A DNA stretch of 64,000 nt from Felis catus (GCF_018350175.1 NC_058383.1:19904001-19968000); one strand, 5' to 3'; shown: positions 11,996 to 24,869, counted from the stretch's first letter. Numbers and translations: made by a program. Notes: generated by a model not told the origin, from the sequence alone.

Positions 11996-12599
11996 CGAAT
12001 GTCACTGTGAGTGGGGTTGGATGGAGAAAGCAGTGTTGGAAATAAGTAAAGGAATTGTTGCTGTCTGTAACTCCTGGTGACGATTTTAGTCCCAGGGGTA
12101 AGTACCTTAGCACTCTGGAGCTTCCCCAAGACCTTCCCCTTTGCCCGGTCCAGAAGCAGCCATCCATCCCCTCGAGCAGTTAGCTAAAACTGTGGTGGTC
12201 TGCACTCGGGCCAGATCGAGGACAACCCTGGGTCTCCTGGATCCTGGGACCTCTCGGACACTTGGCCGGAGCAGAAAAAACAGGCAAGGACGATTCCCAC
12301 TCGCCTGCCTTCCTTTTCAGCCTATCTGGGGTAGACAGGGATCTGGGATCGGGAAAGAGAAGTTCTCGGAGAGTAATGTTGTCCGTGGCCGTGTGGTATG
12401 TAGTTTCTGCAGTCACAGCACTCGGCAGTGGGTGGCCTTGGGCAAGGTGCCCAGCCCCAAGCCCTACTTTTCTTTTCTTTTCTGTGTATTGGCAAAACAG
12501 AGTTCGGGACCAAGAGGCTTTCTGAGAGTAAATTAACTAAGTACACGAATTAACACAGACCAGCACCTGATACAGTAAGCGTTATATGTTTGCGAATAA

Positions 12600-12875
12600 C
12601 AATGACCATTCAGATTCCCCCCTCCCCGTTTTCACTACATACCTGTCCCCCTCCATATACGATCAATGCCCAAATACCATCAGGTCTTTCTACTAAATTC
12701 CAATAAGCCATTCCACGTATTTCCAATTCTTCAAAAAAACCAGCATCCTCATTTAGGTCACGGGGGACGATTGTGTTTGTTCAATATTCTGTTCTCTGAG
12801 CCCAGCCCAGAGCCTGGCACAGAGCAGGTGCTCAGCGAGGACCAGAGGAACAAAAGAACGAACGAACGAATGAAT
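12600..12875 (+). mobile_element. L2 fragments
   Basis: CCCAGCCCAGAGCCTGGCACAGAGCAGGTGCTCAG...GAACGAATGAAT. Confidence 0.6.
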
Positions 12876-13544
12876 CCGAGGTCTGCTTCCCGAGCCGGCA
12901 CCTGCTTCCTGCCAGCTGCGTGTCCTCTGGCAAGTGAACAAATGTCCCTGATCCCCTCACACAGAGTTGAAGACCAAGTGAGGTAGACGCGAAAGCCCTC
13001 TCCTTGTCATGGCTGAGGCTTCTTTAGCGTTGATGACCAGGTCCACGCGTATCCGCAGGCTTCTGCCTTGCTCGAGCCTGATCGCTCGGAACACGAATGT
13101 TCACGGAGTTGTCTTTGCGTTCTCAGGCCCCGTGCAGGTCAGCTCCAGCCTCCTCGGCACCTGCTGTTCATGGCGTGGGCTCTAACAAGCCTCCAATAAC
13201 CGTGCGGTCTCTGGACCGTGGCTTCCGTGAAAACCCTCCTCCAAACGCCTCCCGCGTTGCCCGCTTTCCCTTCCTTGACCGCGCCCTTTGTTTTTATTTC
13301 CCGACATGGCAGAACGGTCTGCCTTTTGTCTGTTTATCCTGCCAAAGTCCCCGTTGGTACTCACGGGCTGGGCTTTGAAGGGGAGGTGGATGGTCCGGGG
13401 GCAGCTGGACTCCTTCTGCCAGCTAAGCTGGGGGCCTCGTGGGCATGTACGTCCTCAGGAGGGAAGTATGGGGCTTCCAGAGCAAACCTGGGAGTGGGCC
13501 GGAGCTGGAGAGGACATTAAAAGAAATTTTTTTTTAATTAATTA

Positions 13545-13774
13545 GTTTTTTTTTTTTTAATTTTTTTTCAACGTTTTTTATTTATTTTTGGGACAGAGAG
13601 AGACAGAGCATGAACGGGGGAGGGGCAGAGAGAGAGGGAGACACAGAATCGGAAACAGGCTCCAGGCTCCGAGCCATCAGCCCAGAGCCTAATGCGGGGC
13701 TTGAACTCACGGACCGCGAGATCGTGACCTGGCTGAAGTCGGACGCTTAACCGACTGTGCCACCCAGGCACCCC
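13545..13774 (-). mobile_element. Young felid Can-SINE inserted in the tail of an older SINE
   Basis: Young-subfamily diagnostics; directly abuts the next SINE. Confidence 0.96.
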
Positions 13775-13788
13775 TTAATTTATTTATT

Positions 13789-13834
<46 letters not shown>

Positions 13835-14001
13835 TGAGCAGGGGAGGGGCAGAGAGAGAGGGAGACACAGAATCTGAAGCAGGCTCCAGGCTCTGAGCCA
13901 TCAGCACAGAGCCCAACGCAGGGCTCAAACCCACGAACCGCAAGATCATGACCTGAGCCACGAAGTTGGACGTTCAACTGACTGAACCACCCAGCCTCTC
14001 C
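13775..14001 (-). mobile_element. Can-SINE (older host) with expanded (GA)n
   Basis: Outer TSD GGAGAGGACATT (13507-13518) / GGAGAAGACATT (14003-14014) encloses both SINEs. Confidence 0.95.
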
Positions 14002-14717
14002 CGGAGAAGACATTTTAAAAGGGAAAAGCCAGGGGATAGAAAAAGAAGTTTGCCTTTGGAAGTGGGGGGGTTCCTGTTGCCCGGGGAGGGGTGCAGGCGG
14101 GCACCCCTGGGAAGGGCCACGAGATGGAGGAGGAGGGTCAGGCTGTAGTTAGTTGATGGCGAACGGAAGCCGGTGCCCAGGGCCTTTGTGGGGCGCGGGT
14201 CCCTGCCTGCGTGCACATCCAGGCACATGTGATGTGTGTTTCCATGTTGTTGGCGTGTGTTGTGTGGCACGGCTCTGTGACACGCTTTCTGGGTGTAGGT
14301 GTGGTTCGATCTGTGTGGCACAAGCCAGCGTGACTCTGTCGCGTGCGTACGTATGGCTCCGATGACCGGATTTCTCATGGACGCCTTCGCTCACTCAGCC
14401 GTGCAGCCCGCGATCCGCAGAGCACCAGATGCTGCTTCAGGTGTTGGGATAGGAGCAGGGGTGGGGGGAGGGTGCGGTGGCAGGGACAGAAGGGAGAAGG
14501 GAGAGAGGACATGTATCGGCTGCCCTCTGAGAGCCAGAGCAGAATGGGGGAGTCGGACGTGGGCCAGGAAGCGACAGGAATACACGGGAATGGCACTGGA
14601 GACTGCGGGGCGCGCGGAATGGGGGTTCTGTCTGAGTCAGGCAGACCATGCTCTGAGATACAGAGGACCAGTGGAAGCCGTTTAGGCGAAGAGAAGCTGG
14701 ATTTGGGTTATCATGAT

Positions 14718-14897
14718 TATTATTTTTTTGTTTTGGAGGGAGACGTGGGGGGAGGGGCAGAGGGAGAGGCAATCTTAAGCAGACTGCACACCCTGCGTAG
14801 AGCCTGGCACGGGGCTCGATGCCACAACCCTGGGGTCATGACCTGAGCTGAAATCAAGGGTCAGATGCCCAACCGACTGAGCCACCCAGGCGCCCCC
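14718..14897 (-). mobile_element. Older Can-SINE
   Basis: GGGGCTCGAT...CATGACCTGAGCTGAAATCAAG...CCACCCAGGCGCCCC. Confidence 0.92.
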
Positions 14898-15368
14898 AGT
14901 TTTTATTCGTACTTTTGGGTCTCAGTGGGGACCGAGGTGAATGAATGAACCCCACTTCCCGTTTGTGTCGGTCTGACGTCACTGGTCCGGGCAGCTGATG
15001 TTCCTTCATCTCCCATCTCTCATCCCCTGACGCTGCTCCCCCCACAGGCAGCTGCCCTAATGCGATTTGAATGTGCTCTTAAGTAAGTGTGTATTTTGGA
15101 GTAATAGATGACGCTGGTTTTTACGTTGGTGTGTTTTCTTTTCTCATTACAGAGGCAACATCACATTCTGTTTCCCCTCAACCTTATGTATCAGAAACCT
15201 TTCCAGGCGACCTCTTCTTCATCCCACGACCTCTGACTCCTTCTTAGTATCTGTTCCCCTAGGGCTGGGCCCCTGTGTTAGCTCCCACCCACGTGACCAT
15301 GAGCAAGGCCGTGGTGGACACTTCCACATGTGTCTTTGCCTGGATCTGGCCAAGAGTCTGTCTGCATT

Positions 15369-15490
15369 TAGGTGCCCTTGAACGCAGCACCCGAGACGAA
15401 GATTTGGGCGCGGTGACTCCGTTTAGGAGCTGATTTCCAGGAAGCAGAAATGAGGCGGTGGGGAAATGAGGCAGGGAATGGGGACGTGTC
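15369..15490 (-). mobile_element. LTR33/LTR16-like ERVL LTR fragment
   Basis: GCACCCGAGACGAAGATTTGGG...TTCCAGGAAGCA...GGGAAATGAGGCAGGGAA. Confidence 0.5.
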
Positions 15491-15669
15491 AGTCACGTGT
15501 GCTTGCTCGAGCTGGTTCCCTGCTTGAGGTTCCGGGACTTGAGGTCACTGGACTTGGCCTAGAGGGTCCCCAGGGGACGGAAAGGCCTCGTGGACAGCAG
15601 TTCCCGGTCCCGGCTCTTGGCATCTGTACCGTGTCTTTTCTTCTCTCTCCATTTCTTCTTTCTTTACTT

Positions 15670-16155
15670 TCTTTCTTCCACCGGGCACTAATCAGCACTC
15701 CAAGGATGTAGCAGTGAACACAACAGATGAAGTCCTAGCTCTTCTGGAGATTATATTCTGTCAGGGAGATGTAGGTAATTAACAAGAGGAATTTCAGGTA
15801 CCTCCAGACTGTAAAAGTGCTGTGAAATAAATAAGACCTGGTCATGGTCCAGAGAGGGCTTGGCCCACGGGCAGAGGTGGGCGATTCAGATATGGCAATC
15901 AGGGATGACAGAGCCTCTCTGAGGACCAGGCCTCTTCCTGGCTGAGCTGAAGGGGAACCAGCCACAGAAAGGTCTGGAGGAGGAGCATTTCGGGTGAGGA
16001 AACAGTAAGTGCAAAGGCCCTGAGGTAGGAATGTGGCTTGTTCTATTTATGGAGTGAACAGCAGGAGAGGGAGTGTCAGGGAGAGTGCGTTGAGGTGAGG
16101 TCAGAGAGCTGAGCAGTGGCCAGGTCATACAGGGCATTGCAGTCCACCATGAGGA
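15670..16155 (-). mobile_element. L2 LINE fragment
   Basis: GCAGTGAACACAACAGATGAAGTCC...AGTGCAAAGGCCCTGAGGTAGGAAT...GGTGAGGTCAGAGAG. Confidence 0.85.
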
Positions 16156-16444
16156 GTCACCAGGCAGGACCTGAGAGAAGGGCCTCGATAAGCCAGTGAT
16201 CACTGGGGTGATTCATCCTTCTGGGAAATTTTGGCATCCTGCCTAACTACTTAACGAAGTGTCCTAAAACCTCACCAAGAAGGTCCTGGAAGGTTATCTC
16301 TGAGAACAAGAATGCACCTCAGAGGGAATCTGTTGTACAACCTCCTGTTCAGACTGGAATCCTGCTGTCACCTCCTACACAGACTACCATTCCACCTCTG
16401 CTTGCACACCTACAGTGAACAAGCAGCTCGTATAACACCCATTT

Positions 16445-16760
16445 CTGTCATTTAAGACTCTTGGTTGCCAGGGGCAGGAAGCAAACCAAAGCAGCTTAAA
16501 TGTAAAGGGACCTTGTTGGCTCAGGTAACAGAAGAGACAAAGAATGGCTGCAGGTATGGCTTGATCCAGGTCCTAAAGGATGTTACTTGGATTCAGTCTC
16601 TCTTCATCACTGAGCTCTGCTTTCTCCATGTTGGTTCCATTCTCAGACCGACTTTCCTTCCTCGGAGTAGCATAAAATGCCTCTTGCCCCACAGTTGGAA
16701 TGAAAGTCTTTGGCCTGGTCCCGGATGGTGTGGCCTGCAGGCACATCCCTGAACCAATCA
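16445..16760 (-). mobile_element. MLT1K-like LTR
   Basis: AAGACTCTTGGTTGCC...TTGGCTCAGGTAAC...CAGGTATGGCTTGATCCAGG. Confidence 0.75.
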
Positions 16761-16784
16761 CCCGTCCCCCCCCCCCCCCCCGAT

Positions 16785-17475
16785 TGCTTGGGATCCCTGG
16801 GTTCTTTTCTGCTGTTGAGGATCAGCGATTTTGGTTTTGTTGTGCAGTCACCTTGCTTCTATTGTAACGAGTTGAATTTAGGCACAGATGCTGTGCCTGA
16901 CGAATATGCTTCGCTTTCCGCGGTGGTATTTTAGAAAACCAATAGACTACGGAGGTCCCCCTTGCAGTTTATTTGTTCCCCGTTCTCACTGCTCCGATGT
17001 CACCCCAGTGTGAGGCTCGGGGCGTCCGGTCACAGCCTCACAAGCATGGAAAGACAGGCTCCTCTCCCTTCGGGATTTGCCGGCGTGCGTGGTGGGGGGG
17101 CCCCGGGTTTCTGTTCTGTGGTGTTCCCCTGGGCAACACGGTCACTGCCTAAAAGGTGCCCTTTGCGCCGGGCCGCGGCTTCCCTTGTCCTTCAGCTCCA
17201 GAGCTCAGGCTTTTGTCAGTTCCGGTTTTTGTCTGTGACGGTTGGTGTTTCCCGATTGCCGCCTTCTCCGGTTCCACGTCTGAGGTTCTGCCGGGGGAAG
17301 GGAGACCCACGGTCTCCTTTGGGGCCCAAGTCGCCTGGCTGCTCTGCCTGCTTGTCCCCCACCTTGTGGTCCCTTAGGTTTGTCGTTTGTGCCGTACCCA
17401 GAGATTTGACCTGGGCTTTGCCGGAAAGAAAAGGGAGAGTATGTCTACCACACCTTCCCAGAAGAAGAAATCTGG
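16785..17475 (-). mobile_element. Old L1M 5' UTR fragment
   Basis: Ends GGAAAGAAAAGGGAGAGTATGTCTACCACACCTTCCCAGAAGAAGAAATC, resembling the reverse complement of L1M4/L1MC-type 5' ends. Confidence 0.55.
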
Positions 17476-17809
17476 CTGTCAGAGCGCTTGAATTTTTGTC
17501 CGTTTCTTCTGCCCTCGTGGAAGAGTGAGCCCCTGGTGCCAGCGTGGACTCCGGGATGTTCCCGAAGCGATGCCGTGACAGCCCTTTGGATACCGGGAGA
17601 CTGTGGCCAAGCCCCGTCCCTCTTCTTTAGGCCGGAGACTCTGAGATTTTGTGCTAGTTGCTCCGAGCTCGTCAGTGTCCCCGAGCCGGCCGGCCCTGTG
17701 TGTCGTGTCAGTCACTTGATGTGTGTCTGTGAACGTGGAAAAGAACGACCCAGGTACCATCTCTTGTCTCTTCTCAGTTGTTTCAGATGATCATCCATCT
17801 GCCTGCTGG

Positions 17810-18590
17810 CCCCGTCCGTGCCCTCTGACCTCACCTCCTTCACTCCTCACGCCAGACCTACTCCACTCTAGCAACGCCGGCCTTGGACTATCCAAGCACG
17901 TTTCCACCTCAGGGCCTTTGCAGGTGCCGTTTGCCTCTGCCCGAGAAGCTCTTTCTGCAGATATTTTCGTGACCTGTCCCACCCATCTGCTCCATCAGGC
18001 CTCCTTACCTTTAGAGAACTTCTCTGAGCACTACGTGAGTTAGTGCCCCTTCCCCATCCCAGTTTCCCTTGCTATGTGGTTCTCCCCACACTCACCCCCT
18101 TGTTATAACTGAATGTCAGGTCCCCACCGATTTATGTGTTGAAGTATTCACCTTCAGTGTGAGGCCTTTGGGAAGTAATTAGGCCATGAGGGTGGGGGCC
18201 TCATGGTGGGATTAGTGCCCTTATAAAAAGAGGAGGGGACACAGGACCTCTCTGTCTCATACACTGAGAAGACGGTCATCTGCAAACCAGGCAGAGGGGT
18301 CTCATTCGACCCCAGACCTGCCTGGCACCTTGATCTTGGACGTCCCAGCCTCCAGAACCCTGAGAAATAAATGTTTGCCATTTAAAGCCACTAAGCCAAT
18401 GATATTTTCTGGTAGCAGCCCAGACAGACTAAGGCAGCACCGATATACCACGTACTTCCTAGTTTGCTTACCTATGGTCCGGGTGCCCTTGCTGGAATGG
18501 AGAGGGCGGGGGCTTTGATTTCAGTGCCCGGAACACAGGCCGGCACAGGGTAAACACACGGTCGACATTGCTGACTGGATGAATACTTCA
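17810..18590 (+). mobile_element. L2 fragment interrupted by an MLT1A LTR
   Basis: CCACCTCAGGGCCTTTGCAGGTGCCGTTTGCCTCTGCC before the LTR; L2 3' end after it. Confidence 0.75.
18101..18436 (+). mobile_element. MLT1A-like solo LTR, full length
   Basis: TG...CA ends; GGGATTAGTGCCCTTATAAAA; TGGCACCTTGATCTTGGAC...CAGCCTCCAGAAC..GAGAAATAAATG. Confidence 0.9.
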
Positions 18591-19149
18591 TGCCGGGGGC
18601 TGTGCTGGATGCTGGGGATGGGAGCAGGAGACACCCAGTCGTGTCACTGTGCAGCCCATGGGGCTAGACCGGAAGTTGCATACGGACCAGCTAATCACGT
18701 GAATAATCAACTGCACGGAAATGCCATGGAGGAAGCATAGGGGGCGCTCTAAGGGCGTCAAATAGGGGGCATTCAACTGATGGTGGCATTTTGTTGTAGG
18801 CGCTCTGGAAAAATGATAAATGGGAATTAGACTGATCTGTTGATACGGTTACTGGCCCAACTTATTTATGCAAACTGTACGTGTTTGATTATAAGTACAA
18901 AACGATACAAGTTACTCATCCAGCATTTATCGAGCACCTGCTCTCTGCCCAGTACTGGCTTTAGCAATATATATTCGTTATCGTATTTACTCTGCAGGGC
19001 AGTCTGCCCCTGCAGCCACCAGCCTGAAATCCGACCTTAGCTTTGTTGCTTCTGATTGTAAGACACTGGACTTTTCCTGTGCTTCGTTTTGTCCACTTAA
19101 AAAACAACAGTAAAAAATAGGACTCACTTCCTAATTGAATGGGTTATAT

Positions 19150-19297
19150 TTGTGTACGTGTGTGTATACACATACGTATATATATACATATATATATGTG
19201 TGTGTATACACATATATATGTATATGTGTGTGTGTGTGTATACATATATATATATATATATATATACATATATATATGCATATGTCATTTTATATAT
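19150..19297. repeat. Compound (TA)n/(TG)n/(CA)n microsatellite
   Basis: Directly visible. Confidence 0.95.
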
Positions 19298-20154
19298 GGG
19301 GGATTGAGGCGCAGAGGGAATAAATAATTTCCTGAGATCCCAGGCACAGGATTCGGTCCCTCATCTGCCTGCTCTGTGAATTCTCATCTTGCCAGTCAGC
19401 GCATTATTCCGCACAAACACACCTCAGCCCTAATCTATTGCTCTAATATTTATAACAACGCAGCTACAATTCATTTTTCTGTTGCTTCAATGAATCACCT
19501 CCTGATACTTCTGATTTCTAAGAGCAAAATGCCACCTCGATTTCTATTATCTGCCTGAGCCCAGGAAGCAATCCCCAGGTATACTCTTTGCCGGTTTTTT
19601 TTTTTTTTTCCCCATGCCTTATGGCCCATGCTGCCTGGCATACAGCAAAATGGGTTTGTGATTTAGCAGCAGAAAAGGTTAACTCTAAATAATGATCAGA
19701 AAGTTAAAATATAGAGCCAGAATGTTGCTTTAGTTTTTATAGGTTTTAAATAATTTCGCCGCCTTCCCTGAAGGATTTAGCATAATTCAATGAGAAAATT
19801 GCATTCGGGTCCTGTGGGCTGCGCTGACGTGACTGCATTGCGATGAGCAGAAGAGACGGAAAGTGTCTTTCTGGCCGTGAACCTGACTGAGCCGTGAGCT
19901 CAGGAAGGAATGACCCTGGGGAGTGGCCTGGTCTCCTCCGGGAGGCAGGGCAGCTGGCCCAGCTGGAGCCAGCAATGGTCAAGACAGGTGTTTGTGCTAG
20001 GCGGCGAGCAGAGATCAGATGTCTGTAGAAGATTCCACCGGATCAATGCAGCCCTGGGAAAAGCCTGCTCTTCTCACATCTTTGGCGCTTTTGGCTCTGC
20101 ACACCCGACCTTTGCAGGCGCGGTTAGATCCCCTCCTTGCCATTTACAAATTGT

Positions 20155-20345
20155 ATGAATTAGGATTGCGTCTGGCTGCCGTGGACAGAAAACCTCACTA
20201 ACGCTGGCTTAGGGAGAGTGGGGTTTGTTTGTTTGTTTGCTTGTAACAAAAACACCGTGGAGACATTCTGGGACTAGCACACAGCTCAAAGATGCCATTG
20301 GGGACCCAGACCTTGCTTTTCACTTGTAGGCATTATCGCTATGCA
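20155..20345 (-). mobile_element. MLT1J-like LTR fragment
   Basis: TTAGGATTGCGTCTGGCTGC...CAGAAAACC...TAACGCTGGCTTA. Confidence 0.6.
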
Positions 20346-20499
20346 GCTTCTGGTCTTGGGTTGGTGTGGGGGCTTAAAATGAATTAATATATGTAAAGTC
20401 CTTGTCATAGTTCTCGGTACATGGCAGAGGCTATGTGCTTTCTTAATCGGGAAGCTTATTTCCATCTGACTTCCCACTAAATGCTGGATCGGGAACGTT

Positions 20500-20880
20500 C
20501 TCCCAGCTCAATGAATAGCGATCCGTCTCCTCGTTTTTAACGGGGGCATAATGCTGCCGGCTTCCCATTTATTGTATAATGGGTCCCCTGTTGTTGCATA
20601 TCTGGGTTGTTTCCAGTTTCCATAAATATTTGTCCACCCATCCAGTGATCGCCTGTGCAAAAGTACCCAGAAATGGAGCTGGGACGATGGTGCTTGCAGT
20701 GTGCACAATCATGCACACTCCTGCACGCACGCGTGTGGTCAGAAGGGGCTGGTGCCGTTGCATATGTTACTATGGTTCCTCTCCTGCAGGGCGTTGTCCC
20801 TGCGCTGTCCTCATGCACAGGCTGGTACCGACGTCACTGTGGCCGGCCGCCGTCCCCCACTGCTGGGTGTTGGGACACCT
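20500..20880 (-). mobile_element. Old L1 3' UTR fragment
   Basis: CATATCTGGGTTGTTTCCAGTTT...ACCCAGAAATGGAGCTGGG. Confidence 0.6.
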
Positions 20881-21069
20881 CAGAGGAGGCTGCAGCCAGC
20901 CTCCCATGCTCCGTGGCCTTTCTCCCTCCAGGACTTCAAAAACCAGTCTTCCCCGTGCTCCCCAAAGGCACACCCTTTAACGGGTCCCGAACCAACACGT
21001 TCCAAAGCCAGGTGATGGTAAATTAGTGGGCATGACTTTTCCGTAAGTCGCGACTCAGTGACAGCTGAT

Positions 21070-21275
21070 AGTTAACCGAATGCCTCTGCGTGCCAGGCAA
21101 CGTGCCGAGCACTTTAAAGGCATCAGGTGATCACAACGCTCCTGGGAGGGTGATATGGTTAATCCAGTGTTTCAGATGAGGGGACCGGAAGCTCAGCATG
21201 GTTAAGTAATGTGTTCAAGGTCAGAGACTGAGTAAGAGGCAGATCCGGGGACCCAGAGAGTGGCTTCCCAGTCCC
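21070..21275 (-). mobile_element. MIR SINE
   Basis: GTGCCAGGCAACGTGCCGAGCACTTT...TTTCAGATGAGGGGACCGGAAGCTCAG...GGTTAAGTAA. Confidence 0.8.
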
Positions 21276-21819
21276 TGCGTCTTCCTGCTGCTGTGCTAGG
21301 TGGCCGTCCAAAGCCTGGCCAGACGTAGACCTCGATCTCCACTGCCTGACACATTCCGGGAATGCCTGCGAGGCGCTCGGCACTGGGGGAGCATCGCACG
21401 CGGACACGCAATTGATCACTCACAGCACAGTGTGTTTAAGTACCCTCAAAACGCCACTTTCTACCAGACTTTCTAGGGAGGAGACCGCGTTTGGGGGCGT
21501 TTAAAGGCATATTTTGGACGCTGACTTATGTGGAATGAAGCCTCCGTGTGCCATGCAAAATCTAAATCCCTTGTGACCCGGCTCCCCTGCGAGAACCCTT
21601 TCCTGTGGGTGTGCCTCACGCTCCAGCCACGACGAACCCCAGGGCTTGCGGCCAGTGGAAATCGGCAGTGCCCTGGTTCGCTGCAGGCCGCACGTTGTCG
21701 GTTAACACAGTGATCATAACTGAGGAACTGAAAGGTGGATGTTAACACACACAGCGTAAATCAGTTTAAAAAGCAATTTACCTGTGGTTAGTGACTAATG
21801 ATGAAATGGTAAGATTACG

Positions 21820-22248
21820 CTGGGGCAGAGATAGCCAGATACCCAGCAGAAACGTGTGTTCCCTGGTGTGGGGACCGACATGGCAGCTGCCCCCTTTCCA
21901 AGTCCCCCGCACGCCCAGGTGCAGTCATGTGACAAGAGTCACCAGTGGAATGTGAGCGGCCCTGTGCACGGTCACTTTGGGACTGGGACCTCTAGGACGT
22001 AGGACAAGCTCCCTGTCCGGGTGGACGCGGAAGGGTCTGGGGACCTAGGGGATGGGGGAGTCACAGAATGGAAGGAGCCACAAGGTGGAAGAAGCCTGGG
22101 CTGACTCCCTGAGGAGAGTGTCACCAGTGGCCGGGAACACCCACATCAGGCTGTTGCGTTTGAGAGAGAAAAAAGTTCTGCTTCCAGTGAGCCGCTAAAG
22201 TCTTGGGGTTTATTTTTTCCATCAGCCAGCATTCCGGAAACGCATACC
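21820..22248 (+). mobile_element. MLT1J-like LTR
   Basis: CATGTGAC...CAGTGGAATGTGAGCG...AGAATGGAAGGAGCC...GAGAGAGAAAAAAGTTCT. Confidence 0.7.
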
Positions 22249-22419
22249 TAAGCCTGTCAGAAACATTTCTATAATTGGGCGAGGATGTTTCAAGCAGCAG
22301 ATGGAAAAAGGCAAAAGTGCTTGGAGCCGTCTCTGTGTAAGTCTGTTTTCTGGGGTCTCGGAACGCCTGAACTAATTCTTAGGTCACCAAGGTCTAGGAT
22401 AGGTTCTGAGCGCCAGTTT

Positions 22420-22421
<2 letters not shown>

Positions 22422-22461
<40 letters not shown>
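22422..22461. repeat. (TG)n microsatellite
   Basis: Directly visible. Confidence 0.97.
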
Positions 22462-22463
<2 letters not shown>

Positions 22464-23234
22464 AGGGTAGGGCCCCGTACCCCCAACAAGCAATTCTTGG
22501 GACACCAGTTGGGTGGCTGAGATTCAGCTCAGTTCTGACACTATTCGGAGACAGCATCAGACCCCACAGGTTAAGGCTTTGTGATAAAAGGATGGAATAT
22601 CTCGGGGCTGGCCAGATGGAAGCATGCATCGGGCCAGGCGTGGGGAAAGGGTGTGCCAGGATCCCCCAATCCCCACGTGGCCACCAACCTGGAAGCTCTC
22701 TGAGCCAGTCCTTTTGGTTTTTAACAGAACTTAGTTATAGGGCCGCAATTGATTAAATCATTGGCCACTGGCGATTGATTCGACCTCCAGCCCCCTCTCA
22801 GCTCCCAGGAAGCCAGGGGCTGTGACCGGAAATTCCAGCCCCCTGGCAGCCAATCCCCATCTTGAGGTGAGGCCCCAAAGCCACCTCATTAACATAACAA
22901 AGGGCACCTTTATTGTCCTTTGTCACAGGAAATTCCAAGGGTTTTAAGAATTCTGTGTCAGGAGCTGGGGCAGAGAACAATATATTTTTTTTCTTTTCTT
23001 TCTTATTTTTAAAGTTTATTTTGAGAGAGAGAGAGAAAGCGAGCGAGTGCAAGTGGGGAAGGGGCAGGGAGAGAGAGAGAATCCCAAGCAGGCTCTGCAT
23101 CATCAGTGTAGAGCCTGGTGGGGGGTTCGAACTCACGAGCGGTGAGATCATGACCCCAGCTGAAGTTGGACGCTTAACCAGCTGAGCCACCCAGGCGCCC
23201 CAAGACCACTGTGTATATTTTCTGTTATCTCACA
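22459..23234 (-). mobile_element. MER21-like solo LTR interrupted by a Can-SINE
   Basis: TTGATTAAATCATTGGCCACTGG; GGAAATTCCAAGGGTTTTAAGAATTCTGTGTCAGGA; CAGCATCAGACCCCACAGGTTAAGG. Confidence 0.8.
22985..23201 (-). mobile_element. Can-SINE
   Basis: Poly-T, (GA)n and head ending CCACCCAGGCGCCCC. Confidence 0.95.
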
Positions 23235-23729
23235 GGGGGCCACTCCTCCTTTGGGAGTGGGTGAGGGTGTCGTTATCTGGTAGCCCTGGGGCTCAGTGCA
23301 TATTTGGGAGACACGACTTCCCAGGTGGTCAGGAAGTGCCATGAGGGCGCATCCAGGTCACGTTTTAGAGAACGCCAAGGTCAAACGTCGTCAGGTCTGA
23401 GGAACCAGCTTGCGTCTGAAGGGGAGGACAAAGGCAGGACGATCCCGGAGCTGAGCCGGGTGAAGCCAGGGCGCCCGAGACGATGAACGGGGCCGGGGCT
23501 GACAAGCACTGAATTGATGGGTGATGGCCATCGGCTGTGTGGTGGGCAACGGGGAGCTCGTCTTCACAGCACGGAATGGGAGGCTGATGCGCTCTCCCCC
23601 ACACGTGGGCCAGAGGCTTGGATCCCCCGCTCAGAGTCTGATGTTCCACAGAGCTGGAGACGGAAATGAAAGCAGGCCGTGGCGAGAGTGAGTCAGGGCC
23701 GAGCAAACCGTCCCAGCTGCAGCCCCACA

Positions 23730-24236
23730 AGGCCTTCTGCCACTGTTGCCTGCCCAGCAGCCATTTCTCCACCTTCTGGAACAGCGCCCTCATCTTCCTT
23801 TGGGAACTCGTCCTTTTCACTCTAAATCCTACTGGTCCAGGTGGGGCCGATGCGATCTTCCAGCCTGAAGAGCGGACGAGTGACCCATACTCGTGGCCGG
23901 CCATCCTGGCTGCAGTGACTGGTTCAGGGACGGGCACGTGACCTGAGGCAGGTCGATGAAAGCCGGTTGTGGGCCTTCGGCTGGGCCTGTGGGAAAAGGG
24001 GCTCTCTTGCCACTGGGGCTGCCCATCAGGCGGAGAGAAAGCCACATCTAGAGCGGAGAAGTTGCCGGAGTGTGACAGCAGTGCGGAGGCACGGGTTCCC
24101 GACACTATCCTTTGGTGTCTGGATACAGCCATGCCTGAAGCCGGACTTCGAGCTACACGAGCCAACACCTTCCCCTTCATCAACCAAACCGTGTTCAGTT
24201 GGTTTCTTTCAAGTACAGCGGAAAGAGTCCTGACTG
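23730..24236 (+). mobile_element. MLT1K/L-like LTR
   Basis: CTGGATACAGCCATGCCTGAAGCC...GAGCCAACACCTTCCCC...GAAAGAGTCCTGACT. Confidence 0.7.
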
Positions 24237-24399
24237 GTTTCTGGGTTTCTCCTTAATACCCTTTGCCCTCTCTTAGGCTGACTTTTGACCTCCCCGCCTC
24301 GAAAAAGACAAGTGGGTCTTTATGGCAAAGGCTTCCCTCTGCCCATTTTCAAGCGGAGCCAGTTTCTCTGGGCATGCCCTAAGTTCCATCCCTTGACTG

Positions 24400-24781
24400 T
24401 GTTAAAAAAGAGACACAGGACCCAAAATGGAGTCCCTTGTGCTAAGCCCCAACGCCAAATCAAGACTTTATACCTAACCCGACTGTTGTTTCAGTGTCTC
24501 CCGGGAATGTATCCCTGACTCGTTATTCTGAATTTCCCGGTCAGCACTAGTGGGTAGCCCGCCCGATGGACCCCAGCGGTCCCCCGAAGGAGGGTGACCT
24601 TCAGCTCTTTGCTAGAATAACTTCCTTGCCCCATGTCCTTCTGCCTGTTCAAGTCCGCCCTCCCGCGCAGCTATTCAGGGCTCCTTTCTACCTGCTGGAT
24701 GGGATGCCGCCCCATTCGTGAATCACCAAATAGAGCCGATTAGGACTTTAAACATAATGCGTTGAATTTTGTTTTGCGACA
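24400..24781 (+). mobile_element. ERV1-class solo LTR (MER34/MER39-like)
   Basis: TGTT...GACA ends; CCCAAAATGGAGTC; near-TSD ACTG (24396-24399) / ACTT (24782-24785). Confidence 0.75.
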
Positions 24782-24869
24782 ACTTCTGCCTCTTAGTCTC
24801 TCCTTGGGGAAGAAGGGCACCTTCATACCTTTGAGAGCCGTTTAACTCCCTGCTTTGGACGTTGATGGA

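Noticed and set aside
16785..17790. Processed pseudogene or ORFs 16962-17528
   Set aside because: Better explained as an old L1 5' UTR fragment; no recognisable protein, poly-A or TSD.
23365..24183. 272-aa minus-strand ORF
   Set aside because: Overlaps an MLT1 LTR, has no recognisable domain and is expected by chance in GC-rich DNA.
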